Assembly: GCA_038523235.1 (NCBI GenBank)
Contig: JBCBJQ010000082.1
Coordinates: forward strand, 1-26,790
Direction of reading: 5' to 3'
Source: Cyanobacteria bacterium J06626_4
GTDB taxonomy: Bacteria > Cyanobacteriota > Cyanobacteriia > Phormidesmidales > Phormidesmidaceae
DNA length: 26,790 nt
Below, piece by piece: positions 1 through 8,991 of this stretch. A program made the position numbers and the translations under genes. The notes beneath the pieces are model-generated. The model saw only the letters and a program-made list of their open reading frames with translations, did no database searches and had not been told where the DNA came from. The stretch's first letter is position 1, and each line of letters opens with the position of its first letter.

Positions 1-177
1 CTCTATGGTTATCGAAAACCTTCTACGGTGCGGTTTAGGTATCACTGAAACCATCTTTCCCTGTATCTTTCCTGAGGTTTTGAATGATTTTCGAGCGCTT
101 TAAAGCTAATCTTTGCTGCCGGATTCTCCGAATTTAGAAATGGATGCAGATCAAGGATAAGCAAATCCCAACTCTTC

Positions 178-218
178 ATTAAACTGATATTGGCTATCCC
201 TTAAAAATCCCATGAGAC
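178..218 (+). promoter_or_regulatory. candidate Pho box (SphR/PhoB) array, degenerate
   Basis: Octamers at an 11-bp period: ATTAAACT (178), ATTGGCTA (189), CTTAAAAA (200), CATGAGAC (211). They resemble the cyanobacterial YTTAAYYW repeats and lie upstream of a P-scavenging gene. Confidence 0.35.
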
Positions 219-366
219 ACTGCCACTTATAGTTCGAGAAAATCATGAGCAAGCCCAAAAATCTTGTCTCCTGGCTCTTGCTGATTCGCCTCATTTTGCT
301 TGATTGATTTGAGCCATGATTCAGAGTTTTTCTCGGGCTGTTTGTGTATTTGGAGAAGCTAAGAAT

Positions 367-3300
367 ATGGCATCTAAATTGACCGGGTTTGCCTCTCTGC
401 CAGCTGATACTTTCGCTGCTGGTCCCCCCACTGGAGTAGGCATTGCTGCGAACGATCGCACTGGCCCCTTTGATGGCCCCCCGGTTCAGGGCTTTAGCGG
501 AGTGCAGTTTGCCCCCGATAGCGATGGATCGACCTTCTGGTTTTTGTCAGACAACGGTTTTGGTGGCCAATCTAATAGCACTGACTATCTGCTGCGGCTC
601 TATCAGGTCGACCCCAGCTTCATCGGGTCTGAAGACGGTGACGGCAGCGTTGACGTTCAGGGGTTCGTTCAGCTCAGCGATCCGAACCATCTGATTCCCT
701 TTGACATCATCAATGAAGATACCCCCGAGCGCTTGCTGACGGGCGGCGATTTCGACATCGAGTCCTTTGTCCTCGGCGACAATGGCGACATTTGGATTGG
801 CGAAGAGTTTGGTCCCTTTATCCTCCGTTTTGATGGCGAAGGGGTGCTGCTAGAAGCGCCGATCGCGACCCCTACCCTCACCGAGTTAGGCACCCTCAAC
901 GGTCAAGATCCCCTGGTGATTGGGCACCGGGGCGCCAGCGGCGACTTCCCCGAACATACATTAGAAGCCTATCGGGCCGCGATCGCCGCCGGCGCTGATT
1001 TCATCGAGCCAGACTTAGCCATCACCAGCGACGGTGTGCTCATTGCCCGCCATGAACCAACCTTGGCCCAAGTAGAGCTCGATGAAACGGGTGAAATTTT
1101 ACTGGATGAGGCCGGTAACCCTGTCGTCAAGCAAGACAGCACTCTGACCACTAACGTCGCCGATCTGCCTCAATATGCTGATCGCCTGACCGTTAAAAAT
1201 CTAGACGGGGCACTGGTGGGCGGCTGGTTTGCTGAAGACTTTACCTTTGCCGAACTCGAAGCCGACGTCCGGGCGCGTCAGTCTCGGGACTTCCGCGATC
1301 AGGTCTTCAATGACTTGTTCCAGATTCCCAGTCTGGAGCAGGTGATTGAGCTAGTGCAGCAGGTTGAGGCAAAGACCGGCGTGCAGGTGGGCATCTATCC
1401 CGAAACCAAACACCCCACCTTCTTCGACGAGCAAAATCTATCGCTCGAAGAGCCGCTGGTGCAAACCCTGGTGGAAACTGGCTTCACCGACCCCGATCGC
1501 ATCTTCATCCAGTCTTTTGAAATCGACAATTTGCTCGATCTGCAGGAACTGCTCGCGACTGAGGGCCTCAGTGATACTCCCTTAGTGCAGCTCTTTGGCG
1601 ATATCGACGGCGACTTCATCAACGCTGGCGGTGGCGGTTTCTCGGTCCCTTACGATGTGGTTGCCAATGTTGAGTCGGGCTTGAGCGCGGCTGAGCTGGA
1701 GGCGATCTATGGCGATCTGGCCCATTTCATCAACTTTGACGCACCGACCTATGGCGATTTGACCAGTCAAGCGGCGATCGCGGCGATTGGTTCCTATGCG
1801 TCCGGGCTGGGACCCTGGAAAAACAATATCCTGCTGCGGGAGGGCATTAACACGCCTGTCGATGGCAACGGTGACGGCGTGGCCGAAATCACCACCCAAT
1901 TGACCGGTGAAATCTTCCCTCTAATCGACCGGGCTCACGCAGCAGGACTGCAGGTGCATCCCTACACCCTGCGGGACGAGGAGCGCTTTTTGACCCTCAA
2001 CCCCGACGGGACGCCGCAAACGCCAGAAGCAGAGTACGAGCAGCTCATCGCCATCGGAGCCGACGGCATTTTCACCGACTTTCCCCGGACGGGGGACCCG
2101 GTGCGCGATCGGCTGGTCGCGGCTGAAGTGCGCGCCCCTCAAAATCCTGACTTTGACTTTAATACGCTGAATGGGCAAACGCCTCTGGTAATTGGCCATC
2201 GCGGTGCCAGCGGCGACTTCCCCGAGCACACGCTAGAGGCTTACCGTCTCGCCATCTATCAGGGCGCGGACTTTGTTGAACCCGATCTCGTCACCACCAG
2301 TGACGGCGTGCTCATTGCCCGTCACGAACCGATGCTCGACGACACCACTAACGTAGCGGCGGTGTTTGGCACCGAGCGCATGTCAACCAAGCTGCTAGAC
2401 GGTGTCGAAGTCACCGCCTACTTCGCAGAAGACTTTACCCTTGAAGAAATCAAACAGTTAGGCGCGGTGCAGTCGCGGCCCTATCGTCCTCAAGAGTTCA
2501 ATGGCCTGTTCGAGATTCCCACCTTCCAAGAGGTGATTGAACTAGTGCAGTCAGTCAGTGCTGAGGTCGGTCGCAACATCGGCATCTATCCCGAAACCAA
2601 GCACCCCACCTTCTTTGACGAGCAAGGTCTCTCGCTCGAAGAGCCCCTGATCGAAACGCTACAGGCAACCGGCTTCACCGATCCAGATCGCATCTTCATT
2701 CAATCCTTCGAGTTCCAAAACCTGATCGATTTGCAGGGTCAGTTAGACGCCTTGGAACTTGGCGATCTGCCCCTCGTGCAGCTCTACGGCAATACGCTGC
2801 CAGAGGCGCCCGTCGATGCCGGATTCTCAGCGCCCTTTGATATCCGCTTTAACGTGGCTGAGGGCAATGACCTGGAAGCGATTTACGGCACTGACTTCCT
2901 CGCTGCAGTGGAAACTTCTCTATCAGAGACGACCGTCTACAGCGATCTCGATAGCCCTGAGTTTCTACAGGTGATTAGCGACCTGTATGCCGAAGGGGCA
3001 GGACCTTGGAAGAACAACATTCTGCTGCGGGAGCCGCTGGAGACACCAGTAGACGGCAACGGCGACGGTGAAGCCGAGATTACCACTCAGCTCACGGGCG
3101 ACATCACATCTTTCATCGATGACGCCCACACTGCCGGATTGCAGGTGCATCCCTACACCCTGCGAGACGAAGAGCGCTTCCTGACGCTGAACCCCGACGG
3201 CACACCACAGACGACGGGTGAAGAGTTTGAGCAGCTAATCGAGATCGGGGCCGATGGCTTTTTCACCGACTTTCCCGAGACTGGCCGCATCGTTCTGGAG

Positions 3301-4374
3301 CAGTTCCTTACGGTGGAAGATACGTCGAATATCCGTGGTTCTCGCGGTTACGAAGGCATGGGCTTTAGTCCCGATCGCACCACCCTCTACCCCATGCTAG
3401 AAGGCACGGTGTTTGGTGATCCCGAGGCGTCACTGCGCATTTATGAATTCGACGTGGCCGACGCAGCGTTTGAGGGGTTGGTAGGCCTTTATCAAATGGA
3501 TGCGCCGAACCATGCGATCGGCGACTTGACCCCCATCAACGACGACGAGTTTCTCGTCATTGAGCGCGATGGTGGTCAAGGCGACGCCGCTGAATTCAAA
3601 AAGGTCTTCCAAATTGACCTGTCGCAGATTGACGCAGACGGCTTCGTCAGCAAGGCAGAAGTCGTCGATCTGCTGAATATCGACGATCCTGATGACCTGA
3701 ACCAGGATGGGGAAACCACGTTCACTTTCCCGTTCGTCACCATTGAGGATGTGTTGGTGTTAGATGAGCAAACGATTCTCGTTGCCAACGACAACAACTA
3801 TCCGTTCTCGGTCGGTCGCGGCCCCGACATCGATAACAACGAAATCATCCAGATTCAGCTAGAGCAAACCTTAGCCCTAGACGATCGCCTCGGGATTGCA
3901 GGGCTGTCTCAAGGGGACGTGATCGCATTTGAAGGCGCCGGTCTGGTCGCAGGCACCGTCATCACTGACCAGCTCTCCGGCTTAACCGTGACGACCGATG
4001 GTCTGGTGGCCATGCTGTTTGACTCAGCTAACCCCACTGGGGGCGATGGCGACTTAGGCAGCGATACCGCCGGTCTGGTCTTAATCTTGTCGGAGGATGG
4101 CAACAGCGATAATCCTGATGACAATGCGGGTGGCGGCACCCTGGAGTTTACCTGGGATGAGCTGGTTACCATCAAGAGCGTGGGCTTCTTAGATACTGAG
4201 GAAGCGGGCTCTATCGAGCTGTATGGAGCAGACAGTGTCTCTTTAGGCAGCCGCGACATCGTTACCACGAAAAATGGGGCCTCAGGTCTGGTCGAAATTG
4301 ATCAGAGCGACATCAGCAAAATGGTGGTCAACCTCGGTGGCAGTGGCGCCATTACTGACATTGTGCTGGCGTAA
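367..4374 (+). CDS. phytase-like (esterase-like activity of phytase) protein with two inserted glycerophosphodiester phosphodiesterase (GDPD) domains and a C-terminal 148-aa module
   Basis: Phytase-like motifs: QGFSG, LSDNGFG, FDIES, IGEEFGP, SRGYEGM, ANDNNYPFS. Two GDPD domains each carry IGHRGASG..PEHT, EPD, ARHE, IYPETKHP, IQSFE, VHPYTLR and FTDFP. ATG 367 is preferred over 316 because GGAG lies at about 352. Confidence 0.9.
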   Translation: MASKLTGFASLPADTFAAGPPTGVGIAANDRTGPFDGPPVQGFSGVQFAPDSDGSTFWFLSDNGFGGQSNSTDYLLRLYQVDPSFIGSEDGDGSVDVQGFVQLSDPNHLIPFDIINEDTPERLLTGGDFDIESFVLGDNGDIWIGEEFGPFILRFDGEGVLLEAPIATPTLTELGTLNGQDPLVIGHRGASGDFPEHTLEAYRAAIAAGADFIEPDLAITSDGVLIARHEPTLAQVELDETGEILLDEAGNPVVKQDSTLTTNVADLPQYADRLTVKNLDGALVGGWFAEDFTFAELEADVRARQSRDFRDQVFNDLFQIPSLEQVIELVQQVEAKTGVQVGIYPETKHPTFFDEQNLSLEEPLVQTLVETGFTDPDRIFIQSFEIDNLLDLQELLATEGLSDTPLVQLFGDIDGDFINAGGGGFSVPYDVVANVESGLSAAELEAIYGDLAHFINFDAPTYGDLTSQAAIAAIGSYASGLGPWKNNILLREGINTPVDGNGDGVAEITTQLTGEIFPLIDRAHAAGLQVHPYTLRDEERFLTLNPDGTPQTPEAEYEQLIAIGADGIFTDFPRTGDPVRDRLVAAEVRAPQNPDFDFNTLNGQTPLVIGHRGASGDFPEHTLEAYRLAIYQGADFVEPDLVTTSDGVLIARHEPMLDDTTNVAAVFGTERMSTKLLDGVEVTAYFAEDFTLEEIKQLGAVQSRPYRPQEFNGLFEIPTFQEVIELVQSVSAEVGRNIGIYPETKHPTFFDEQGLSLEEPLIETLQATGFTDPDRIFIQSFEFQNLIDLQGQLDALELGDLPLVQLYGNTLPEAPVDAGFSAPFDIRFNVAEGNDLEAIYGTDFLAAVETSLSETTVYSDLDSPEFLQVISDLYAEGAGPWKNNILLREPLETPVDGNGDGEAEITTQLTGDITSFIDDAHTAGLQVHPYTLRDEERFLTLNPDGTPQTTGEEFEQLIEIGADGFFTDFPETGRIVLEQFLTVEDTSNIRGSRGYEGMGFSPDRTTLYPMLEGTVFGDPEASLRIYEFDVADAAFEGLVGLYQMDAPNHAIGDLTPINDDEFLVIERDGGQGDAAEFKKVFQIDLSQIDADGFVSKAEVVDLLNIDDPDDLNQDGETTFTFPFVTIEDVLVLDEQTILVANDNNYPFSVGRGPDIDNNEIIQIQLEQTLALDDRLGIAGLSQGDVIAFEGAGLVAGTVITDQLSGLTVTTDGLVAMLFDSANPTGGDGDLGSDTAGLVLILSEDGNSDNPDDNAGGGTLEFTWDELVTIKSVGFLDTEEAGSIELYGADSVSLGSRDIVTTKNGASGLVEIDQSDISKMVVNLGGSGAITDIVLA

Positions 4375-4470
4375 ACCGGTGAACCAAAGGGCGGGCGCTG
4401 CGTTATTCCACAGGTTCCTCAGCCTGGGAGCGTCACACCTAAACGGTGAACCTTAGACTCAATGCCTGAC

Positions 4471-4501
4471 AGCCCTGGCCGCGATCGCGGCCAGGGCTTT
4501 T
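4471..4501 (+). terminator. intrinsic terminator, perfect 28-bp palindrome centred on HIP1
   Basis: AGCCCTGGCCGCGATCGCGGCCAGGGCT followed by a T run, 97 nt after the stop codon. Confidence 0.75.
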
Positions 4502-4729
4502 GGTATGGGCAATCGTCCCGAGCCAAGTATCCACAGTTATCAAGCGCACATGAGATGAAGCGATCGCCGACTAAATTCACGCTCAACATCAGTCAACGCT
4601 GGAGCGTGAATGCTGCAAATTGTTAACTCTGAACAGGTGAAAATCTGGAGGATTAAGCCGACATAAAGGTCTTCAGGGAGTGCGCAGCCCATGCTTCAGC
4701 GGAACTTCATCGAGTTGGCCGGTAGCCTC

Positions 4730-4770
4730 CGTAAACCGCGATTAAAGTCTTCATAAACTGCCCTTGACTT
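4730..4770 (+). promoter_or_regulatory. candidate Pho box (SphR/PhoB), four tandem octamers
   Basis: CGTAAACC (4730), ATTAAAGT (4741), CATAAACT (4752), CTTGACTT (4763). The period is exactly 11 bp, each matches CTTAACCT at 5-6 of 8 positions, and the array is about 180 nt upstream of a PhoD gene. Confidence 0.55.
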
Positions 4771-4953
4771 CTCAGGAATATCCTCATTCTTGGTGTGATC
4801 AACGCACTTCAATCTTGACTCGTATACGGAACTGATCACGCGCTAGACGCCCGATCACTGTTGGGAGCGACATCGATCGCGCCCCGTTTTGCTGCGTCTT
4901 GAAGCCGCCATGCGCGGCTTCTCCCTTCACCCCCCAAACAGGCACGCAACCTT

Positions 4954-7900
4954 ATGTCTATTCGTTTTGCCAGCTACAACGCCTCGCTCAATCGCTCCGA
5001 ATCGGAACAGCTGATTACCGATTTATCGACACCAGACGATAGCCAAGCGCAGGCGATCGCCGAAATTATTCAGCGCAACAACCCTGATGTGATTTTGGTG
5101 AACGAATTCGACTTTGACGCGGCAGGCGAAGCAGCCGCGCTGTTTCAAGACAACTACTTGTCGGTCTCGCAAAATGGCGTTGACCCTGTCGAGTATCCCT
5201 ACGTTTATGTCGCACCTTCCAATACCGGCGTGCCGGCTGGCCTCGACTTCAACAATGATGGCGACATCGGCGGCCCCGGCGATGCCTTTGGGTTCGGCTT
5301 TTTTGAGGGTCAGTTTGGCTTCGTCATTTACTCCAAATACCCCATTGTGGAAGACGAGGTTCGCACCTTTCAGGAATTTCTCTGGGCCGATATGCCGGGG
5401 GCACTGCTGCCGCCCGACCCGCAAGATACTGACGGCAACGGCGACACCGCCAACTGGTTCACCCCTGAAGAGTTAGCCGCATACCGTCTCTCTTCCAAGA
5501 ACCATGTGGACTTGCCCATTGAGGTGGAGGGCGAAATCATTCACCTGCTGGCCAGCCACCCAACCCCGCCAGTATTCGACGGGCCAGAAGATTTGAATGG
5601 TCGTCGCAACCATGACGAAATCCGCTTTTGGTCAGACTACGTCAACGGCGAAGACTATATCTACGACAACAACGGCACCTTCGGCGGTCTAGAATCTGGG
5701 GCCAAGTTCGTCATCGCGGGCGACCAAAACTCTGACCCCTTCGATGGCGACAGCCGCCCCGGTGCGGCTCAGCAAATTCTCGACAATCCCCTGGTAAATG
5801 TCTCGGTCACGCCAAGTAGTGAGGGAGGTGTGGATGCAGCAATTCGGCAGGCGGGTGCGAATGCCACTCATACCGGCGATCCGGCCTTTGATACCGCTGA
5901 CTTTGGCTTCAATCCTGACAATCCGGAAATCGACAACACACCCGGCAACCTGCGGGTTGACTATGTGTTGCCCTCCAATAATTTGACAGTTACCGATGCG
6001 GGTGTTTTCTGGCAGGCAAGCGATGACCCGCTGTTTCCCCTGGCGGAATTTCCCACCTCAGATCACCGCCTAGTGTATGTGGATGTGACCGACACCTTGC
6101 CTAACGGTGTTGCCAGCGGTGATGTGAGTCAAGATGCCGTCGTGCTGTGGACTCGCAGCACGGCTCTGGGGAACGTCACGTTTGAATATTCCACTGACCC
6201 AGAGTTTGGCAGCATTGCGGGCAGTGCGATCGCCCCCGTGACCGACACCGATGTTCCCGTCCAGGCAGATATCGATGGTCTGGAAGCAGGCACCGAATAT
6301 TTCTTCCGTGTCATCGATGCTGCGGGGAACTCCGAAACGGGTCGCTTCGTAACCGCCGCTGAGCCGGGCGAATTCGCTGGTCTCACCTTTGGCATTGCCG
6401 GTGACTGGCAGCAGGCACCGCCCTATCCCATTCTGAGTTCAGCCGCCGAGAGCAATCTGGATATGTTCGTCAAGTTGGGCGACACCATCTACGCCGACAT
6501 CGAAACGCCAGCCCTCCCTGGCGTCAGCCAAGCCCGCACCTTGGAAGAGTTTCGCATCAAGCACAGCGAAGTGTTAAGTCCTCGCTTTGGCCTGAGCGCG
6601 ACGTCTGATTTGCAAGCCACAACGGCTATGTTCACCACCATCGACGATCACGAACTGGTGGATAACTTTGCGGGGGGTGCGGCTCCAGGTGAATCTCCCG
6701 ATGCGCCAGATATCGGCTCCTCTCCTGATCCCCTATTCACCGATGATGTCGAGTTTGTCAACGATACCCAAGCTTACGAAGATGCGCTGCAGGCTTACCA
6801 AGAGTATCAGCCAATTCGCGAGCAGTTTTACAACACGCCAGACGACGCCCGCACCGACGGCGAACGTCAACTCTATCGATCGCAGTCCTTTGGCAGTGAC
6901 GCCGCACTCTTTGTCACTGACAGCCGCTCTTTTCGCGATGCCCAGTTAGACCCAGCGAATATTGCCGACCCCACGGAGTTTCTCGTACAGGCCTTTGACC
7001 CCAGTCGCACGCTGCTGGGTCGGGCTCAGCTGGATCTGCTGAAAGCTGATTTGCTAGCCGCCGAGGAAGACGGTACCACCTGGAAGTTCGTCGTTATCCC
7101 CGAACCCATTCAGAACTTTGGCGTCGCTAATGCCGAAGATCGCTTTGAGGGCTATGCCGCCGAACGCACGGAGCTGCTGAGCTTCATTGACGAAAACGAG
7201 ATTGACAATGTGGTGTTTATGGCGGGCGACTTCCACGGCACAATTGTCAACAACCTGACCTATCAAACGGGGCCGGGACAGGCGCAAATCGCCACCAGTG
7301 CCTTTGAGATTGTCACTGGCCCGGTCGCCTTTTTTGACGGTCGGTTTGGCCCTAATGTGGTGGCTCTCGCCTCTGCGTTTGGCTTGATTACCCCTGAGCA
7401 ACAAGCCTTGTACGACGCGCTGCCTGTCGCCCCTGACCTGGATGATATTCCCAACGATAAGGATGACTTTGTGGAGCAGCTGTTGATTGCGCAAACCGAT
7501 GTGTTGGGCTACGACCCAGTCGGCTTAGACAATAACCTGGTGAGCGCCAACGGCCTGATCGACGCCACGCTGCTGCAGGGCGACTACGTATCAGCCCACA
7601 CCTACAGCTGGACTGAGCTAGATATTGATGCCGACACTCAGCAGCTAACCGTTACCACCTACGGCATTGATGCCTACAGCGAAGCGGAGTTGCTGGCCGA
7701 TCCTCAAGCCGTACTCGATTTGACGCCCCGCATCGTCAGCCAGTTTGCAGTCGCCCCTGACCTGACGGTGGCGCCCCCGACCAGCCTCGATTTTGAAGGC
7801 CCCGGTCTGACTGCTGGCACCGTAGTGAGCGACCAGTTCTCGGGCTTAACTATCACAACCGATGGTCTAGCAGCCATGCTGTTTGATTCGGCGAATCCCA

Positions 7901-8238
7901 CCGGGGGCGACGACGATTTAGGCAGCGATACGGCTGGCTTGGTCTTGATTCTCTCGGAAGATGGCGATCGCTCGAACCCTGATGACAACGCCGGTGGCGG
8001 CACCTTAGAGTTCACTTGGGACGAACTGGTGGATATCGCTAGCGTGGGCTTCCTAGACACTGAGGAAGCCGGTTCTATCGATCTCTACGGTGCTGATAGT
8101 GCCTTTGTAGGGAGTCTCGACATCGTGATGACCAACAATGGTGGAGCAGGCTTGGTTGAAATTGACCAGACCGATATCAGCAAAATGGTGGTTAACCTCG
8201 GCGGCAGCGGCGCGATCACTGCAGTCAACTTAGTGTGA
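4954..8238 (+). CDS. phoD: endonuclease/exonuclease/phosphatase (EEP) domain fused to PhoD-type alkaline phosphatase, with C-terminal 148-aa module
   Basis: EEP motifs: SYNASL, VNEFD, SHPTPPVFDG, GDQNSD, RVDYVLPS, SDHRLV. PhoD motifs: NGVASGD..VLWTR, LGDTIYAD, DDHE..DN, DSRSFRD, LLGRAQL, GDFH. Confidence 0.9.
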   Translation: MSIRFASYNASLNRSESEQLITDLSTPDDSQAQAIAEIIQRNNPDVILVNEFDFDAAGEAAALFQDNYLSVSQNGVDPVEYPYVYVAPSNTGVPAGLDFNNDGDIGGPGDAFGFGFFEGQFGFVIYSKYPIVEDEVRTFQEFLWADMPGALLPPDPQDTDGNGDTANWFTPEELAAYRLSSKNHVDLPIEVEGEIIHLLASHPTPPVFDGPEDLNGRRNHDEIRFWSDYVNGEDYIYDNNGTFGGLESGAKFVIAGDQNSDPFDGDSRPGAAQQILDNPLVNVSVTPSSEGGVDAAIRQAGANATHTGDPAFDTADFGFNPDNPEIDNTPGNLRVDYVLPSNNLTVTDAGVFWQASDDPLFPLAEFPTSDHRLVYVDVTDTLPNGVASGDVSQDAVVLWTRSTALGNVTFEYSTDPEFGSIAGSAIAPVTDTDVPVQADIDGLEAGTEYFFRVIDAAGNSETGRFVTAAEPGEFAGLTFGIAGDWQQAPPYPILSSAAESNLDMFVKLGDTIYADIETPALPGVSQARTLEEFRIKHSEVLSPRFGLSATSDLQATTAMFTTIDDHELVDNFAGGAAPGESPDAPDIGSSPDPLFTDDVEFVNDTQAYEDALQAYQEYQPIREQFYNTPDDARTDGERQLYRSQSFGSDAALFVTDSRSFRDAQLDPANIADPTEFLVQAFDPSRTLLGRAQLDLLKADLLAAEEDGTTWKFVVIPEPIQNFGVANAEDRFEGYAAERTELLSFIDENEIDNVVFMAGDFHGTIVNNLTYQTGPGQAQIATSAFEIVTGPVAFFDGRFGPNVVALASAFGLITPEQQALYDALPVAPDLDDIPNDKDDFVEQLLIAQTDVLGYDPVGLDNNLVSANGLIDATLLQGDYVSAHTYSWTELDIDADTQQLTVTTYGIDAYSEAELLADPQAVLDLTPRIVSQFAVAPDLTVAPPTSLDFEGPGLTAGTVVSDQFSGLTITTDGLAAMLFDSANPTGGDDDLGSDTAGLVLILSEDGDRSNPDDNAGGGTLEFTWDELVDIASVGFLDTEEAGSIDLYGADSAFVGSLDIVMTNNGGAGLVEIDQTDISKMVVNLGGSGAITAVNLV

Positions 8239-8292
8239 GCCCAGCTCTAGGCGGGTAATGCCGGAGCTTGAAAGTTTAGCGACACCCCCACC

Positions 8293-8323
8293 GCCCTGAT
8301 CTCGATTGAGACCAGGGCTTTTT
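8293..8323 (+). terminator. intrinsic terminator
   Basis: GCCCTGATCTC-GATT-GAGACCAGGGC-TTTTT, 54 nt after the stop codon. Confidence 0.7.
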
Positions 8324-8501
8324 GTCGCGGAGATCGCGAACCTGATGCCGCTGCCTGGACACAAGCTGCCAAATCTGAGTGCCTCTCTACCGGCGCTCTC
8401 CTCGACAGCACCTCAGAAATCGGCAAGGGGCATCGGCAGAGCTCTACATCGACTCGCACACGCCCCAGAAGTTCAGATAGAAAATGATTTGTAAAGTTTA
8501 A

Positions 8502-8541
8502 TTGACATTTCTTAACATTGGTTGTTACATTAATTAACAAC
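8502..8541 (+). promoter_or_regulatory. HLR1-like (RpaB) direct repeats / promoter of Psb35-related gene
   Basis: TTGACATT-tc-TTAACATT and GTTACATT-aa-TTAACAAC, both with a 10-bp period, resemble (G/T)TTACA(T/A)(T/A)-N2 repeats. Confidence 0.5.
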
Positions 8542-8693
8542 AGCCAGTTATCCTCACGTTGCCGCTTGTAGCCAGGCGTGTTCTGCTTTCCTCGCTGCAA
8601 GCCAGAAGCATCTCTAGTCCTAGAGAGCTTGAACGTTAACGCGAGTTCCAAAGACAGGCTGCTTTTTGACCGTATTTTGGAGGGAAATTCCCC

Positions 8694-8927
8694 ATGATTG
8701 CGTTACTGACTATTTTTGTCGTTGTCGGTTGGGTTGCTGCGGCTCTCATTGGTTCTCAGGCTTACTTCCGGGGCGAGCAAACCAAGCCGATTCATGAGCG
8801 CAACTGGCGTTCGGAGAATTTCGAAAAGTTGGCTCGCAGCATCACTGGCTATGAAACCGATAACAACCAACGCGTTCCTGCGTATGGTTTAGATGCTTAC
8901 GGCAATGCGTCTTTGCCTACCGACTAG
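8694..8927 (+). CDS. small single-TM protein, photosystem II Psb35-related family
   Basis: N-terminal TM GWVAAALIGSQAYFRGEQTKPIHERNWRS matches a conserved cyanobacterial small-protein family. GGAGGG RBS upstream and a terminator downstream. Confidence 0.75.
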   Translation: MIALLTIFVVVGWVAAALIGSQAYFRGEQTKPIHERNWRSENFEKLARSITGYETDNNQRVPAYGLDAYGNASLPTD

Positions 8928-8991
8928 AGCAAGGCCATCTTTCTGGTAGAGGCAGCTTGAGCCAGTTTTGAGATGAGGTTTGTGGTTAATG

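Noticed and set aside
316..366. Upstream ATG extension MIQSFSRAVCVFGEAKN as a signal peptide
   Set aside because: It has no hydrophobic core, and the RBS-like GGAG favours ATG 367.
443..8060. Many 60-146 aa alternative-frame and antisense ORFs inside the two phosphatase genes
   Set aside because: They are shadows of biased codon usage in long genes, with no motifs. The similarity between 3909-4268 and 7704-8060 just mirrors the duplicated tail.
8247..8651. 134-aa minus-strand ORF
   Set aside because: It spans a terminator and an AT-rich promoter, has a non-ATG start and shows no recognisable motif.
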